The notes: generated by a model not told the origin, from the letters alone. DNA of 64,000 nucleotides from Podarcis liolepis (GCA_965112155.1 OZ218114.1); one strand, 5' to 3'. Shown: positions 13,450 through 26,950, numbered from the stretch's first letter. Numbers and translations are program-made.

Positions 13450-14595
13450 CTGAAGATCAAGACAATTGTTGTGAACACATAAATTGTAGGACTGGAAGGC
13501 ACCCTCGTGGTCATCTAGCCCAACCCCCCTGCAATGCCATCAGTCCTGCTTAGCAGCATTTTCTCCCAAAATTAAGAACATCAAACAGAGCAATATTTTG
13601 CCAGCTTTTTTTTTTTAAATAAGAATAGCATTTTCTATTGTCTTAGAAATTGAAGGCATGGAGTTGCGGGGCTTATCAAGGAACCCTACAAACCTTTATA
13701 TATTGCTTGATGCAAACATGTATGAAGCCAGAGATAAAACACATCCAGATCAAAAGCCAAAGGAACTAGCTATTTGGGGGGGAAAGCTCCTTCCATCTGC
13801 TTTCATGAGTGCTTCTGTGCTTTGGGGGGGGGGTCTTTTCCCCCCCTTTGGACCATGTGAATTGTTTAATGTGGCCACAATGAACTGCCACCCTTGCAAG
13901 TGTGGTGGTTTAATGGGAATGATGGGCTGATACACATTTTCCAGAACTGTCTAACTTCATTGTCCCACAAGTGGCCAAGCAGATGTCTTTGGGAAGGAAC
14001 AAGCAGGGAATGAAAGCAATAACCCTCCATGTTTTGTTGCTCCCCAGCAATCAGTATTCTGTGGCACAGTGCCAGTAAATGTACAGGTTCTGCTTCTTAA
14101 TTGTGCCTAATAAGCTCATCTTCCTCCATGAATTTGTCTGATCCCCTAAGCTTGGGTCCATCTTGTGGCAGCCAGTGCCATGCTCACACACATTCTGTCA
14201 ATTACTCTGCCAGGAAGCCACTGCTGTAGTCATCAGTGGATGACCTTGATGAACAGGTTTGTGTTAAGAGGCACAATCCTCAGGATATGCATGATCCAAC
14301 ATCAACCAAGAGCACAAAGCAGACACAAGCACTGAACTATCTGGTGAAGTATCCTGAGCAAGTTTCCCTCCTTACATTATTTCTTCAGGGAAATAACTTA
14401 TTGCTTACAGGAAGTTCTCAAGAGTTTATGAAAACCAAAAAATCACACCCTCCTCTCTGGTCTGCCACCATTCTGATTATCTGTGGAGTCAGGGTGTTCA
14501 ACAAAGGCATGGCCAGAAACCACAGCCCAGCTGAGAAATGAATGTCAAGGGGAGTGGCACTGGTTAAAGTGCATCAGCTCCCCCACAACTACAAA

Positions 14596-14646
<51 letters not shown>
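14596..14646. repeat. (ATT)n microsatellite
   Basis: Read directly. Confidence 0.95.
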
Positions 14647-14647
<1 letters not shown>

Positions 14648-16384
14648 TTAAACAAGTTGTGTGCCCTATAAATTAAGGGAAGAGGTTAATCTAAAAAATC
14701 AAAGGAAGTGCAAACAGATGCTATATGCAATGTTGAAGTTCTGGGGTCTCAGAGAGTCCAGCAATACTGGAGATTGTAAAAGGCAGGAGAATAGCAGAAC
14801 GTCAGAACTGGTAATTGGATTATCTTCTTGGTTAAGAGGCCACAGTGGAGGCATTACCACCCTCTGTGCTTGGGGGAATTTGGGGTTATTTGTGGAACTA
14901 ATTTGTGCTGGAGCCAAATGTAGCCCCTGAAGCAGTTGCACGGATAAGATTCCAATTCACTGGTGCTTGGGTTTTGGGGTCTTTTAGTTCATTAAGAGTT
15001 CTGCCTAATTCATACTCCCACAGCTTCACTACACAGCTCTCTCATAAGGAAGTGAAACACATCTCCCTAATGACTGCTGTATAACAAGGCTGCTTTGCAT
15101 ATCCAGGTCCTCCTTCTTACCTTTTGGGGGAAAGAGTTTTTAATGAGGTTGACGGGTATGCCAGCACTCCTTTCATCAAGCCCCATTTTCAATTACGCGT
15201 ACAATGAGATTACAACCAGGACTTTATTTGAATGAGATTTGGGGAAATGAAATGTAGGGCCTCAAGTGGGTACTTTGGTTAAGGCAGACAAAATTCTACG
15301 CTTTTACAGCATGATTGGTAGGCCTAAAGGGTACTTAGGAGATTAGCATATATTTAAATGGTTCAGAGTCAGAGTCGCTTATATGATCTGAAGAAATAGT
15401 ACAGTATTTATAGATCACACCAAGATAGCTATTCTTCCTTCAAAACCTACAAAGTAAGAGCTGAATTAGGAGTTTCAATTATTTCAAAAAGAGTTGGGTC
15501 AAATGCCTTAAGGCTGGTAGACATACACTTCCGTTACAAAGAAAGCCTAAACGCCATCACTTAACATTTAGGTAGTATAAACTGCATGCTTGTTGTTGTA
15601 GGGAGCATGGAACACAGAAGCAGCACTGCTGTTTCTACCGAAAGCCTGTATTATTCAAATAAGGTCAGCAGGATAAAACATGGAAGAGGAAGACAGGAAA
15701 GTACAGATGAGGTGAGGATAAACTGGTAGCAAATGACACATTACTAGCAAGGCCATGGCAGTCCAGGCAAGGCTTTGCAAGAAGCAGAATCAAGTAAGTG
15801 CTAAACAACACTGTCTCACAAGAAATGTGCTTAAAAGCGCACCTAAATATTATACCAAGATGGAATTGTTTAGAAATCCTATATAATCTGAAAACAAGAA
15901 CTGCAGATGGTATAAAAACTTCTGTTAGAAAGAGAATTCCTATACGGGACTGCTCTTGCATTTTCCACAGTCCTTTGGTAAGGTTTCTATGTCCATGTGA
16001 TATTTTGGCCTGTATGTGATGAAATATGGCTGGAGTTGCCACTGAAGAAATTTATAGTACCCATTTTAACCTCTCCCAAATCTGAGTTTTTTATTGGAGC
16101 CTTTAGTTTTTGCTGCAAGTGTAAAACATGTTGATTTCAAAATGTATTATATACGTTACACATAGCTAGAACTATTCCAGAGGAATTCCCCAATTAAAGG
16201 TGATCAACCAGGTCCTTTCTAGAACAGTTAAAGGCTATAGACTTGGATTAAGGAATGGGTTTTCTTTTAATGAGATAGGCCATGTGAAGTTAATAACTAC
16301 AATGTGATAGGATAGATATCCTTCATGCTTTTTAGTTTCAAGGACAATGTGACATGGTGCAAAGGTTTATAGACATGTGAACAT

Positions 16385-16590
16385 TGTAAGAGCTTCTTTG
16401 TTCAGGCAATGTCCCACCTAGTCCAGCATCCTATTCTCTGTGACCAACCAGATGCCTGTGGAAAGCATGGAAGCAGGACCTGAGCGCAACAGCACTCTGC
16501 CCACCTGTGATTCCCAGCACCTGGAATTCAGAGGCAACAGTGCCTGACAGTGTAGGTGGAACATGGCTATTGTGGCTAGTAGTGAATATC
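16385..16590. mobile_element. Old interspersed repeat, probably a CR1-related 3' fragment; similar copies near 14000-14170, 39270-39410, 45690-45850 and 49770-49945
   Basis: Recurrent similar sequence (ctagtccagcatcct...tgaccaaccagatgcc) in both orientations. Family name is tentative. Confidence 0.5.
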
Positions 16591-16795
16591 TTGGTCCATT
16601 TGCCTTGCATTCTCAATGTACAGACCTCAAGTAAAGATAGGTGGAAAATTAACAATTCCACAAACTTGGTTAACTTAACAGTCACTGATAGCAGAAGCTT
16701 AAGTAACCATTGCAGAGATTTGTGAGCATTCCATTCCATTACCTCTATTTGGAAAGTTACTGCATATATGACAGAAAGGTTAATCAGGAGCATCA

Positions 16796-17077
<282 letters not shown>

Positions 17078-17249
17078 CTAGTTCTCTTTTGGATATTGTG
17101 CACAACGGTTTATTGAACTTTCTGGTGGTCCTTATAACTTCCCTCCATACTCGTTGTAGTATAAAAAAAGGTTCTTCACGTGCTGTAGGATAATAGTTAT
17201 CTACTGCCAGGACACTGATTGGGAAAAGCATTCTTGTTGTTTTGCCTTA

Positions 17250-18050
17250 GCCTCTCAGATACTTTATAGACCATGGTATAATCTTGGACCACCTAATAGG
17301 AATGGGAAAATTTGCTGCGGTTCCCTTGTGGTTAGGTGAGTTTTCTACTGTTGTGCCAGGGGGCAGGGGAGATAGAACATCCTCTTCTGACCAATGCAAA
17401 TAATCCCAGGGGCTTTTCCTATTACTCAAATATCTAGACGTTGCTAACTGGAGGTGGTTGTCCAAGGATCTGGAGTTTACCATCATCAGTGTGCTGATGA
17501 AATTCAATTATGCTTCTCCTTTTTCTTAAATCCCACTGCGGCAGTGGAAACCCTGAATCATTACTTGGAACCAGTAATGAGCTGGCTGAGAAACAATAAA
17601 CTGAAACTCAACCCAGGTGTGACAGGAGTGGTGGGGAGTGTAGGATTTTTTGATCAAGTAATTAGTGAACAGGACCTGGGCAGTGGCATATGCATCCTTG
17701 AACTGCTGATCCACAGAATGGGACTTCTCTAGGATTCCTAAGAAGTGGCGGTGGCCCAGAGTGCCTTCTTCTTCACAAAGTGCGCCAGCTGTACCCTTGC
17801 CTTGATAAGGGATACATGCCCTATCACTCTAATGCACTCTGTGCAAATCTGCATTTGAAGAGAATTCAAAAACTTCAACAGGTCAAAAATGCCAGCATCT
17901 GTATTTGTAACTGGTACACTCTGCAAGGACCACACAACACCCCAAGAGATCTATGTTGGTTACCTGTTTCCATCTTCAATTTTAAGTGCTGGCTTTGACC
18001 CTAAAAGTCTTACTTAGCATTAATATCTGAAGCAACATTCCCTCCCATAT
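17250..18050 (+). mobile_element. Degraded L2-like LINE RT fragment
   Basis: HHQCADEIQLCFSF...VMSWLRNNKLKLNP resembles L2 RT HQYADDTQLY...WMxxNKLKLNP; later DLCWLPV. Confidence 0.75.
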
Positions 18051-18061
18051 CTTTTATTTCT

Positions 18062-20145
18062 TTTTTTTGTCTCATCATCAAACCTTTTATTGGCATCACA
18101 TACAAACATCCATAGTAAATCAATACAGAATTACCACCTCCCCTTCATTTGTCAAATGAAAAGAGGCAAAAAAAAATCTAACATTACATCTCTAGGTCTC
18201 CGGGGAGATCAGGCGTCTGCAATGTGTTTCTGCGACAAAAAACCAAATAAAGATATTTAGCCACTAATTTGGTGAGCTCCTGATCATTCCCCAGTAATAG
18301 AAAATGTATGACCTCCAACTCTGGTTTCCATTTGGGAATGCAGCGTTGTTCTAGAAACTGCTGGCAGAGATCAGCATATAGTTTACATTTAAGAACCATG
18401 TGAGTAAGAGTTTCCATCAGGTGATCTTCACAGGGGCAAATTCTTTCTCCTTCCACCATTCCTGAGAACCTACCCCAAAGGAGGTTTGATGGGTTTGAAT
18501 TAAACCTGGCCATCAAAAATGCCCTTCTTTCTTGAGGGATAAGCAGAAATTCAAGATAATTATAATTAGTTTCATGTGCCCAAGAAAGCTGAAAGTAAAG
18601 AGGGGAACATGTTTTCTCTGCTGCTGCTGTTAGTTCCTGGCATTAAATGTCCCACAACTAGTTTTTATTATAGCCTTGGCAGACGGTGGAGGCATCGATC
18701 ACAAAAGTTCCATTGACAGTCCAAGGTGCTGTATCTTTATGTTAAACTGTTGTAGCCCTGGGGAAAGAAAGGGGTCTGACAAGACCACCGAAGAAAGGAT
18801 CTTTATCTAATGTGGGGTAGATGTTTAACCAACATAGAAGAAATCTCGCCCAGGCAACAGTCTCTACCTTGTGTTGACCTCCCTCTAGACACAAGGCTGC
18901 ATAGGGTACACAACGTGGGACAGCAAAAATCTTAAAAAGGAAAGCTGCCTACACTAGTTCTACCAGTTGGATAAACCCTGGCAGCCAGACTGGAATTCCA
19001 TAGAGCAACTGAGCTATTATTTTGGTGTTGAGGACCTTGAGGGCAGAGGGGATATGCGAATTACCTCTTGTTATGAAAAATCGCATTATGGCCTGCATAG
19101 ACATCTTACTGGCATTCGCCGCCGTTGCACGGTGCGAGGACCATAGAAGCCTATGATGGAATGTAATTCCCAGATAGTTAAATTCAAATACCTGCTGGAT
19201 GGGTTTTCCACCAAGTACCCAGCTATAGCTCTTGCGTGAATTCCCAAAAACCATTATTTTGGTTTTATCAAAGTTCATGCACAATTTCATTCTGGACAGA
19301 TAGTCAATACAGGAATTTAACAATTGTTTTAGGCCAATTCTTGTCCATAAAAGCAAAATCATGTCATCTGTGTATAGGAGAATGGGGATGCTTGATGCAT
19401 TGAGTTTTGGGTTATCCACCTGTTTTAGTGAAGAAGTGAGGTCATTAAGAAAAAGATTAAAAAGAGAGGGAGTGAGTTCACAGCCCTGCTTTACTCCTCT
19501 GTTTATAATGACAGGATCTGTCATTACACTCCCTGGTGTTGTTCTTATATGACAGGTGTTCTTTGTATAAAGCTTTTTGATCAAGTATAGTAATCTAGGT
19601 TCTAGGCCCATTGTCTCCAATTTGGTCCATAACAGCCCCCTGTCAATAGTGTCCAAAGAAGCCTTGATATCTAGGAAAGCCACATAAAGACATTCTTTAT
19701 GAAGCTGCATATACTTAGCGGCTAAGTGAGATAACACCATGCAGTTGCATAAAGTGGATTTCCCTGGCCTAAGCCCTGCCTGCTCTTGGACCTATGATGT
19801 TATTTTCATCAAGCCAAGTAGTTAGTTTATTTAGCAGATGTTTAGCGCACAATTTCCCGATGTTTGACAATAGACATTGGCCGATAGTTGGATGGCAGCT
19901 TTTTGTCACCCTTTTTAAAGATTGGGATAATTAAAGATTGCTGCCATGAGTTAGGCATGATACCAGCTCTATCTATCACAGTGAATAGATCCGCTAGTAT
20001 CAGAGCCCACCACTCTGACTTGGCTTTGATCAATTCAGAGGGAATACCATCAGGGCTGGCAGCCTTTCCTGCTTTCATCTGATCAATTAAACTTGTAACT
20101 TCGGTAATGGAGACAGGGGGCCACTCATTCGCGAAAGTAAAAATG
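18062..20145 (-). mobile_element. Degenerate non-LTR retrotransposon ORF2 (RT plus C-terminal Cys/His motif) and 3' tail, RTE-X-like
   Basis: Motifs WPPVS...KAGKAASPDGIP, IPIFKKGD...NYRP, VAFLD, RGVKQGC, LLYTDD, ERICPC...ETLTHMVLKC; tail GCCAATAAAAGGTTTGATGATGA; several frameshifts and stops. Clade is tentative. Confidence 0.85.
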
Positions 20146-20149
20146 GCAT

Positions 20150-21465
20150 GGTCCTGACTTTTCCAAGATGGTGGCCCGAGACAGCAGCCTAGGCAGAGCT
20201 CTTGCCTTCAATAAAGCTTTTAAGTAGTTTTTAGCTACTTCCTGATTCTAATCTCACATTTTTAACGTCTTACTGGCTGTCTCATCGCCTCTCCTTGTTT
20301 TTAGTTTATTGTTTTATTGTTTTACAGCTCAACCTGATTTACCACAACAATGAATGCCCGATGAAACCTGCCTCTGTGACTGACTTGCAGTTTTGTCTAC
20401 TGACTAAAATTTTCCATCCCCAGTTCAGAAACCGAACAAATCGTAAGTAACGAGGATTGTTTTGGATTGTTCCGGGGGTCTTGACCATGCCCTGATGCCC
20501 AAGAAAAAGCAGTTCTGTGCCAAGCCACTTGACCAGATCCAAATCTAAACAACTAAGTTTCACTGACTTCTCGGAATGGATAACTCCCAAAATAGCAAAG
20601 GGGCTACTGATAATGGGCTAGGAACAAGTTCGGAAGTCCAAACGGCGGAGGGAGATAATCTCCATGGCGGTGACAAACAATCCCTAGATCGTTCCAATCC
20701 CCAGCAGTTAGACAGTGAATGGGAAGATCCCCCCAAACAGCTAAAAGGCCTTAGATCAAAAGGTTCAAAGAAAAACAGACCTACAGGAAAGCCCACAAAG
20801 ATTAAAGCAACCCAAGCAGCTCAGAGTAACAGCCCATACCGCCATTCAAATAACATCTCAAAAGCTAACTAATCTGCCTGGAGCAACAGAGGAGTTATTT
20901 ACTGGAGAATTGTTAAGCTTGATTGGTGAGCAAAGCCTTCTCACTGCAAGGTCTCTAGCGTTGATCGTCTGGAAGTTGGAGAGCATTGAGGATTGTGTGG
21001 CGAGGGGTCAGAAGGAGGAGAGCCTGGTGCGGTCCCCTGAACCCCAGGGGAAGAATGCTGAGAATGCTCAACCAAGCAGGCTGGAGCCCTTCAATTCTTC
21101 AAGGAAGAGCACCCAAGATGCTCAGACAAAATTCTGGCCCTGGAACGTGACCAATGGCCCACACCCCACTTGAAAGTGTTTGCAGTTGGATCAGATAGTT
21201 TTGATCATCTAAAATAATTAGGAGAACAAAGGGTGCTGGATTACCAGACCAAGAGTTTGTTCTTCCTTATCTGATCTACTGTGATTAGACATAGGCTCTT
21301 TGGAGCTAAAAATGATAGAAAAATTGCTGAGCCACCCAAACGTAATAAAACTGCTTCTCAAATTTCATAGCCATGCCATTGCCCTGCTGCTTCCCAAAAT
21401 GTGTGTCTTTTTAAGTCGATTTCACATTTCAATTAGAAGGGTGTTTGCAGACTTAGACGCTGTGC
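20150..21465 (+). mobile_element. Probable inverted 5' UTR and ORF1 remnant of the adjacent LINE
   Basis: Begins with a YY1-like CAAGATGG(T)GGC LINE start, followed by broken Lys-rich and Leu-rich frames (20576-21545). It abuts the RT fragment head-to-head. Confidence 0.5.
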
Positions 21466-21609
21466 CTTTATTTTTGTGTGTGTCACACACCCCTACATTC
21501 ACAGAACGGTGCAAAAAAAATAAAACAAGTAGGAATTTAATTTAAAAAATCAATGAATCAAAATTACAACATAGAAAGCAACATCTTAAAAACAAACAGT
21601 ACAAAAATA

Positions 21610-21816
21610 AAAAAATTCCTTCCAGTAGCACCTTAAAGACCAACTAAGTTAGTTCTTGGTATGAGCTTTCGTGTGCATGCACACTTCTTCAGATACTTTC
21701 GTGCATGCACACGAAAGCTCATACCAAGAACTAACTTAGTTGGTCTTTTAGGTGCTACTGGAAGGAATTTTTTTATTTTGACTATGGCAGACCAACACGG
21801 CTACCTATCTGTAACT
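21610..21816. mobile_element. Penelope-like element terminal (pLTR) remnant with an inverted duplication
   Basis: ~80-bp inverted repeat (21602-21682 vs 21701-21780) plus tail GCAGACCAACACGGCTACC; 12-bp TSD AGTACAAAAATA at 21598-21609 and 21817-21828. Confidence 0.85.
21659..21696 (-). ncRNA. Minimal type I hammerhead ribozyme motif (Penelope-associated)
   Basis: Minus strand reads GTAT-CTGAAGA-A-GTGTG(CATG)CACAC-GAA-AGCT-C^ATAC: stem I GTAT/ATAC, CUGANGA core, stem II, GAAA, palindromic AGCU stem III and a UC cleavage site. Confidence 0.8.
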
Positions 21817-22946
21817 AGTACAAAAATAGAAAAACTTGTCAAAGCCCTACTACTCCCCTCCGAAATATTGGTAGGAGTCAGGTCCTTACTTCTTGTTTAA
21901 AATACAAAATGGAAACATGCACCTCAGTGGAGAGTTGCATATACTCAGAGCCCTGCCCCAGATCCCAGACCTCCTATCTCATCCAAAAAAGGAACCAACG
22001 GGAAGGCCTCATTTGCTGATCTAAAGAGATGAACAGATCGGTAAGAGAGAATGAGCTCTTTCAAATCCTTAGGGGTCCCAGGTAATTTAGGTCTTAACTC
22101 AATGTAACCACCATGGATGACACCTTGGGTGTCATCAGCATTATTTTTTGACACCTCAAACCAAATCCTTCAATGACTGCTTCCAGCAACTTCATATAAA
22201 TAATAAAAAACTGATTACAAGACACTCCTCTATACATTAGGACCATCCAGAGTCTCCTTTGCAAATGTTCCTGCTATCTGAGGTACTGTGTGTGGTCATA
22301 TGATCTAGACCAGCATTCACCCATTTGGTGCCTTCCAAATGTTTTGTTGACTGCAACTCATCACCTGTGGCCATTGGCCATTCCAGCCAGGGGCTAATGA
22401 TTGTTGGGAGTCTGAAACACCCAAATGGCACCAAGATGGTGAAGGCTGATCTAGTCGCTTCTTGGCAGTGATATGGCAGTTATGAACTTCCTACCCCAAT
22501 AATTTCCCTTGGCAACTTCTTTCAGCCTTTTGAAGGCAGAATGAAAACCTTTCCACTTCAGAGAGCTTTTAGCAGAGTTCCAAAGCTGGCTTAAACTCTC
22601 TTCTCTGGTGTTTTAAGAACAATGGACAAGCAGGGAGCTAAGATGAGAATGGTTCAATTGAAGCTCTCTTCAAATTGGCCTGAAATAAATCAAACAAAGC
22701 TAACATGCATCACCAGAGATAAGGCCACCTGGAACCTAAGACTATTTACTACAGAGGTCCCAGTACAATAACTGTTGGAAGGGAGTGTCTTCTGGCCCAG
22801 AATCTGCTCCTTGTTGGATGGAGCAGAGATCATGAAGCATCTGCATCTCTAAATGTAAACGGGAGAATGAGAATATCCCCATTCTTAAAGTCAATTTGTG
22901 CTACAATTGATTTCCCCCTTTATTTACTTTTTTAAAAATTGCTCAT

Positions 22947-22950
<4 letters not shown>

Positions 22951-22990
<40 letters not shown>

Positions 22991-22999
22991 CCCCCCCCC
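22951..22999. repeat. (CT)n microsatellite followed by a C run
   Basis: Read directly. Confidence 0.95.
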
Positions 23000-23718
23000 A
23001 ATAAATGAAGGCCCTTAGTTTAATTATTCAGTGGAACAAATATAACTCATTCGCAGGGACTGAAAATTTTGGGCTTTCCCCTGTGATGGAGGTGTGTGTG
23101 TGTGTCCCAATTCACAATCACATTAAACCTTAGTTTATTTTAAACTATGCTTTAAGATGAACAAGCAAATCATGCTTCACTCCTTTCTTCAGTTTTCTAG
23201 GGAGGAAATAAAACACAGAGACATTAGACATGAACCAGCACTACTAACAAGCCATGTCAGCAAGCCAAGAACAAACCTTGGTTTAACATTATGGTTAGGA
23301 GAGAAAAATCCCTGAGTGCTGACTCACACTTTAGCATCAAGCCAGCCTCTGGTTTGTTTGCTCCCTGGTGCACTGAAGAAAAGAACAGGGAAGCAGCAGC
23401 ACTGGGACTATTGAACAACATGCACCACCAGAACATTACTGGTTCACTTCAACTCAGAGTTTAAGAACTGCATTGCATTGGCTTGGCAGGTTCAGATCTA
23501 ACAGGATGCATAAGTCTAATCTAAGCTGTGGTTTAAAGCAGGTGAAAGAAAACTGTGGCCCTTCATATGTTGCTGGACTCCCAACTCCCAATATCTTGCT
23601 GGAGGTTGGGAGTCCAACAACATCCAGAAGCCCACAGGTTAGCAACCTCTGGTTTAAAACAACACAAGTATTGGCCTTTCTACTACTCATTTACTATTGC
23701 TTTTTATAATGACTAGGT

Positions 23719-23971
23719 CATGGGTAGGCAAACTAAGGCCCGGGGGCCAGATCTGGCCTAATCGCCTTCTAAATCCAGCCCACGGACGGTCCAGGAATCA
23801 GCGTGTTTTTACACAAGTAGAATGCACCCTATTATTTAAAATGCATCTCTGGGTTATTTGTGGGGCGTACGAATTCGTTAATTTTTTTTTCCTTCAAAAT
23901 ATAGTCCAGCTCCCCACAACATCTGAAGGACAGTGGACCGGCCCCCTGCTGACAAAGTCTGCTGACCCCTG
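23719..23971. mobile_element. hAT (Charlie-like) MITE
   Basis: Ends CATGGGTAGGCAAAC...GTCTGCTGACCCCTG; TSD GACTAGGT/AACTAGGT (7 of 8). Confidence 0.8.
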
Positions 23972-24319
23972 AACTAGGTTCATAGGAGGGTGCCAACAGA
24001 CTTGCAAAAAAAACACCAACTCACTTATCATATACAAGTTAGAGGAACATTAATCAAATGGCATCTTCACAGCTGTGTCCTCCTGTCACGCAAGTAACAT
24101 GCACACGAGGATGTCAGCCAAACCTGCACTGCACTGGCCTGACATCTTCAGATGCACCCTTGCTGCGCAGTAACAGGATGCACAAGTTCCTTGTGTTTGT
24201 TGTTGCTCTGCAACGTCACACCTGCTAATTTGAGGCAGCCCCACCCATACCAGATGGAACAAGAACAAAATGAATCTCTCAAATATATAAATGGCTAACA
24301 AGCCAACTTGTTGACTCTG

Positions 24320-24560
24320 AGAGCCAGTGTGGTGTAGTGGGTTAGAGTGTCAAATTAGGATTTTGGAGATCAGGGTTCAAATACCCACTTGGCCACAAAG
24401 TTCACTGGGCGACCTTGGGGACCAGTCACTGCCTCTTAGCTTAGCTTACCTCACCTCACAGGGTTGGTTTTGATGATTAAATGGGTGCCAGAATCGTGTA
24501 TACCACCTTGAGCTCCTTGGAGAAAAGGTGGGATATGCATTCAATAAAATAAAATTAAAA
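24320..24560 (+). mobile_element. tRNA-derived SINE (squamate type)
   Basis: A box TGGTGTAGTGG, B box GGTTCAAATAC, tail ending (AATAA)n. Confidence 0.8.
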
Positions 24561-26629
24561 AATGAGGGAGCCTTGACTGTCACTTTGGGGACTTCATTGT
24601 CCTTGTTTTGGCTATATCACAAAGTTGCACACAGGTGTTGCTGGTCTACAGGGGCATTTTCATTGCCAAGTGTTGACAGACATGGGCTAGAATAATAATA
24701 TTCATTTACAGAGGTGATTGCCAAACAGGACCAGTGGTCAGGGATGATGGGAATTGTGGTCCCAAAACAGCTGGAGGGCCAAGTTTGGTCATCACTGATT
24801 TACAGGGTCAAAATCAAATGTTGGAAGTACTTTACAGACATTTTCAAGTATTCCTTAAAATACTGGACTATTCTATAGGCTGGTTATCTCATCCCAAATT
24901 GCAGGAAGGGGAATAAGAGCCTATGGGGGAGCTGCTTGCCTAAGGTGTGCTCATTGCTGAATTGGTCTAATAAATCCCACCTTATATCTGTATCTGCTCA
25001 CAGCAGGGTTGACTAATTCTGCAAGGCTTGGAGGCAATCACTATTTCTTAAAAAGAAAGACCAGGAAACAGAGGTTAACCTTGATACACAGCATCACCAA
25101 GCCCAGGAAGAGCAGTGTAAGGGGTTCTGCAGTTATGGAGCACTTACACACTGTGATAACATAACACAGCCCAAAGAGATGCAGCAACGAACTGTTATGC
25201 CTGGTCTTTACATGCAGCAAAAATGAAGTGGCAGAATGGACTATTTTCATTTCAGATTGCGGCCAGATCAATTTCTGAATGCTTCGCTGTATTAAAAAAT
25301 GCTCTGAAATCAAAACACTAATACCACAGGGTATCCCTGGTACCTGGTACCCTGGTACCCCAGGTAACTTTTACCTGGAAGACACTTAGCACACAGGAGA
25401 GCAATGAGAAGTGGCATTTCCTCCCACCTCATTCTCCTGCATGCCATGACTCCAGTTCAACTCCTGAAAACAATTTTAGTTTCTGTTACAAGCAAAAGTG
25501 TGGGCAGGCTATTCAACCACACCTTCATTAAAATGCTGTAGTCATCAGAGGCACTGTGCAGGCTAGGAGTCACCTTCCCTTGTAAACAGGTATGTGGGTG
25601 TGGGTGTAAAAATACACTAATTTGTGGAAGGCACAGAACTTTGTTTCTCTTTTTAAACAAAATCTTGCAGAGATAGTGTTGAAAGTGTGGGTACAAGGCT
25701 TCAGGCTCTGCATAGCTTTCTGCTCCTCCTCATGACTGCCAGCAGAACCATTACTAGACGATGTTTTTAATCAATGAAATCAATCGTGGAGATATAAATT
25801 CAGCATTTGTCACATAATTTGTCATCCTATTTGCAGATGTTATGCAGTTAAAACTTCAGAACACACAGTCTTTATTCCAACCATTTGCAGTTGTTTTTGA
25901 GCTACCATGTGACCAAGAATGAGCAAAGCAAGAAGTCAATTTAACAGCAGCAGACATCACAATGCTGGCACATGCTCCAGAGATTAGCATGCATGTCAGT
26001 GCAAGCATCAGATATTGACCCCTGCAGTGATGAGGACAAAAGAGACACCCTTGTTCTAACAGATGGTGCTCTGACAGTCAAGGTAGACTGTGGCCTAAAT
26101 GAAAGGGACCTGGCATTTACTTGGCTGGCTGAAGCAGGACAATATTTGTCAGCAGATCAGTTAGCAATTAACTGACCAGTTAACTGTTCAAATACTGCTG
26201 AAAGATCACCTTGCCAGCATTACAGGTTTGCTTAACATACAGTGTTAAGTTCTTGGAATGCCGTAAGTATCTTAACAGGAGTATCAAATAATTTTGTCTA
26301 CCGCCTAACTCATGCAGAAAGAGAAAAGCAGTGCCCTTTGTGAGCAAGTGCTCTCAGCCTCAGTGAATCCTTATCTTGCTTATTCAGTTAATAGAACTCA
26401 AACATATTCTACTCACTAAATGCTCTCCTTGGAATATGCAAGCCAACTCTGCCCAAAACCCCCCAAATACAGAAAAATGTGCACCAGCAACTGCAATAGA
26501 TGTACATTTACGGAAAATAAACCCTTCCTCAAGAGAGCATTACAATTATTTATTCTTAACACAAACTTTTGTTAGCAATATAGAAACCATATTCTGCAGA
26601 CTGGGACTGGGTATATTATAGCCATACTT

Positions 26630-26950
26630 TGAAAACTGTAACAGTTCCTACCTATTTTCAGGCCCAACTGAGAAGAGCTGGTTTTGACCTGTAAAGCCCT
26701 TCACAGGTCAGGACTGGGAACGTTAAGAAACATCTCCCTCCATATATTATCTAACAGGTGCTTTCCCCACCCATGGTCTTTCCAGTAGTGGCACCCCTGT
26801 TGTGGTACACTCTCCACAGAAGTTCCACCTGGCACCTTTCTTACTATCCTTTCAGCAGCAAGTAAAGAAAGACCTTCTTACTTTCCTGTGCATTTTAGAT
26901 GTCATTTTAATCCTGCATTTATAACTTTGAAGCTTTTAAGATAAATTTGG
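26630..26950 (+). mobile_element. Degraded L2-like 3' fragment
   Basis: ggttttgacctgtaaagccct...gtggcacccctgttgtggtacactct resembles the L2 ORF2 end. Confidence 0.5.

Larger units (their letters stand above)
21466..22200 (-). mobile_element. Degraded L2-like LINE 3' end, hosting the Penelope insertion
   Basis: NADDTQ and LFRSANEAF-like residues in ORF 21945-22154; AT-rich 3' UTR. Confidence 0.55.

Noticed and set aside
26025-26076. C/D-box snoRNA (GTGATGA...CTGA)
   Set aside because: Only ~50 nt between boxes, no convincing terminal stem, and antisense to the host gene.
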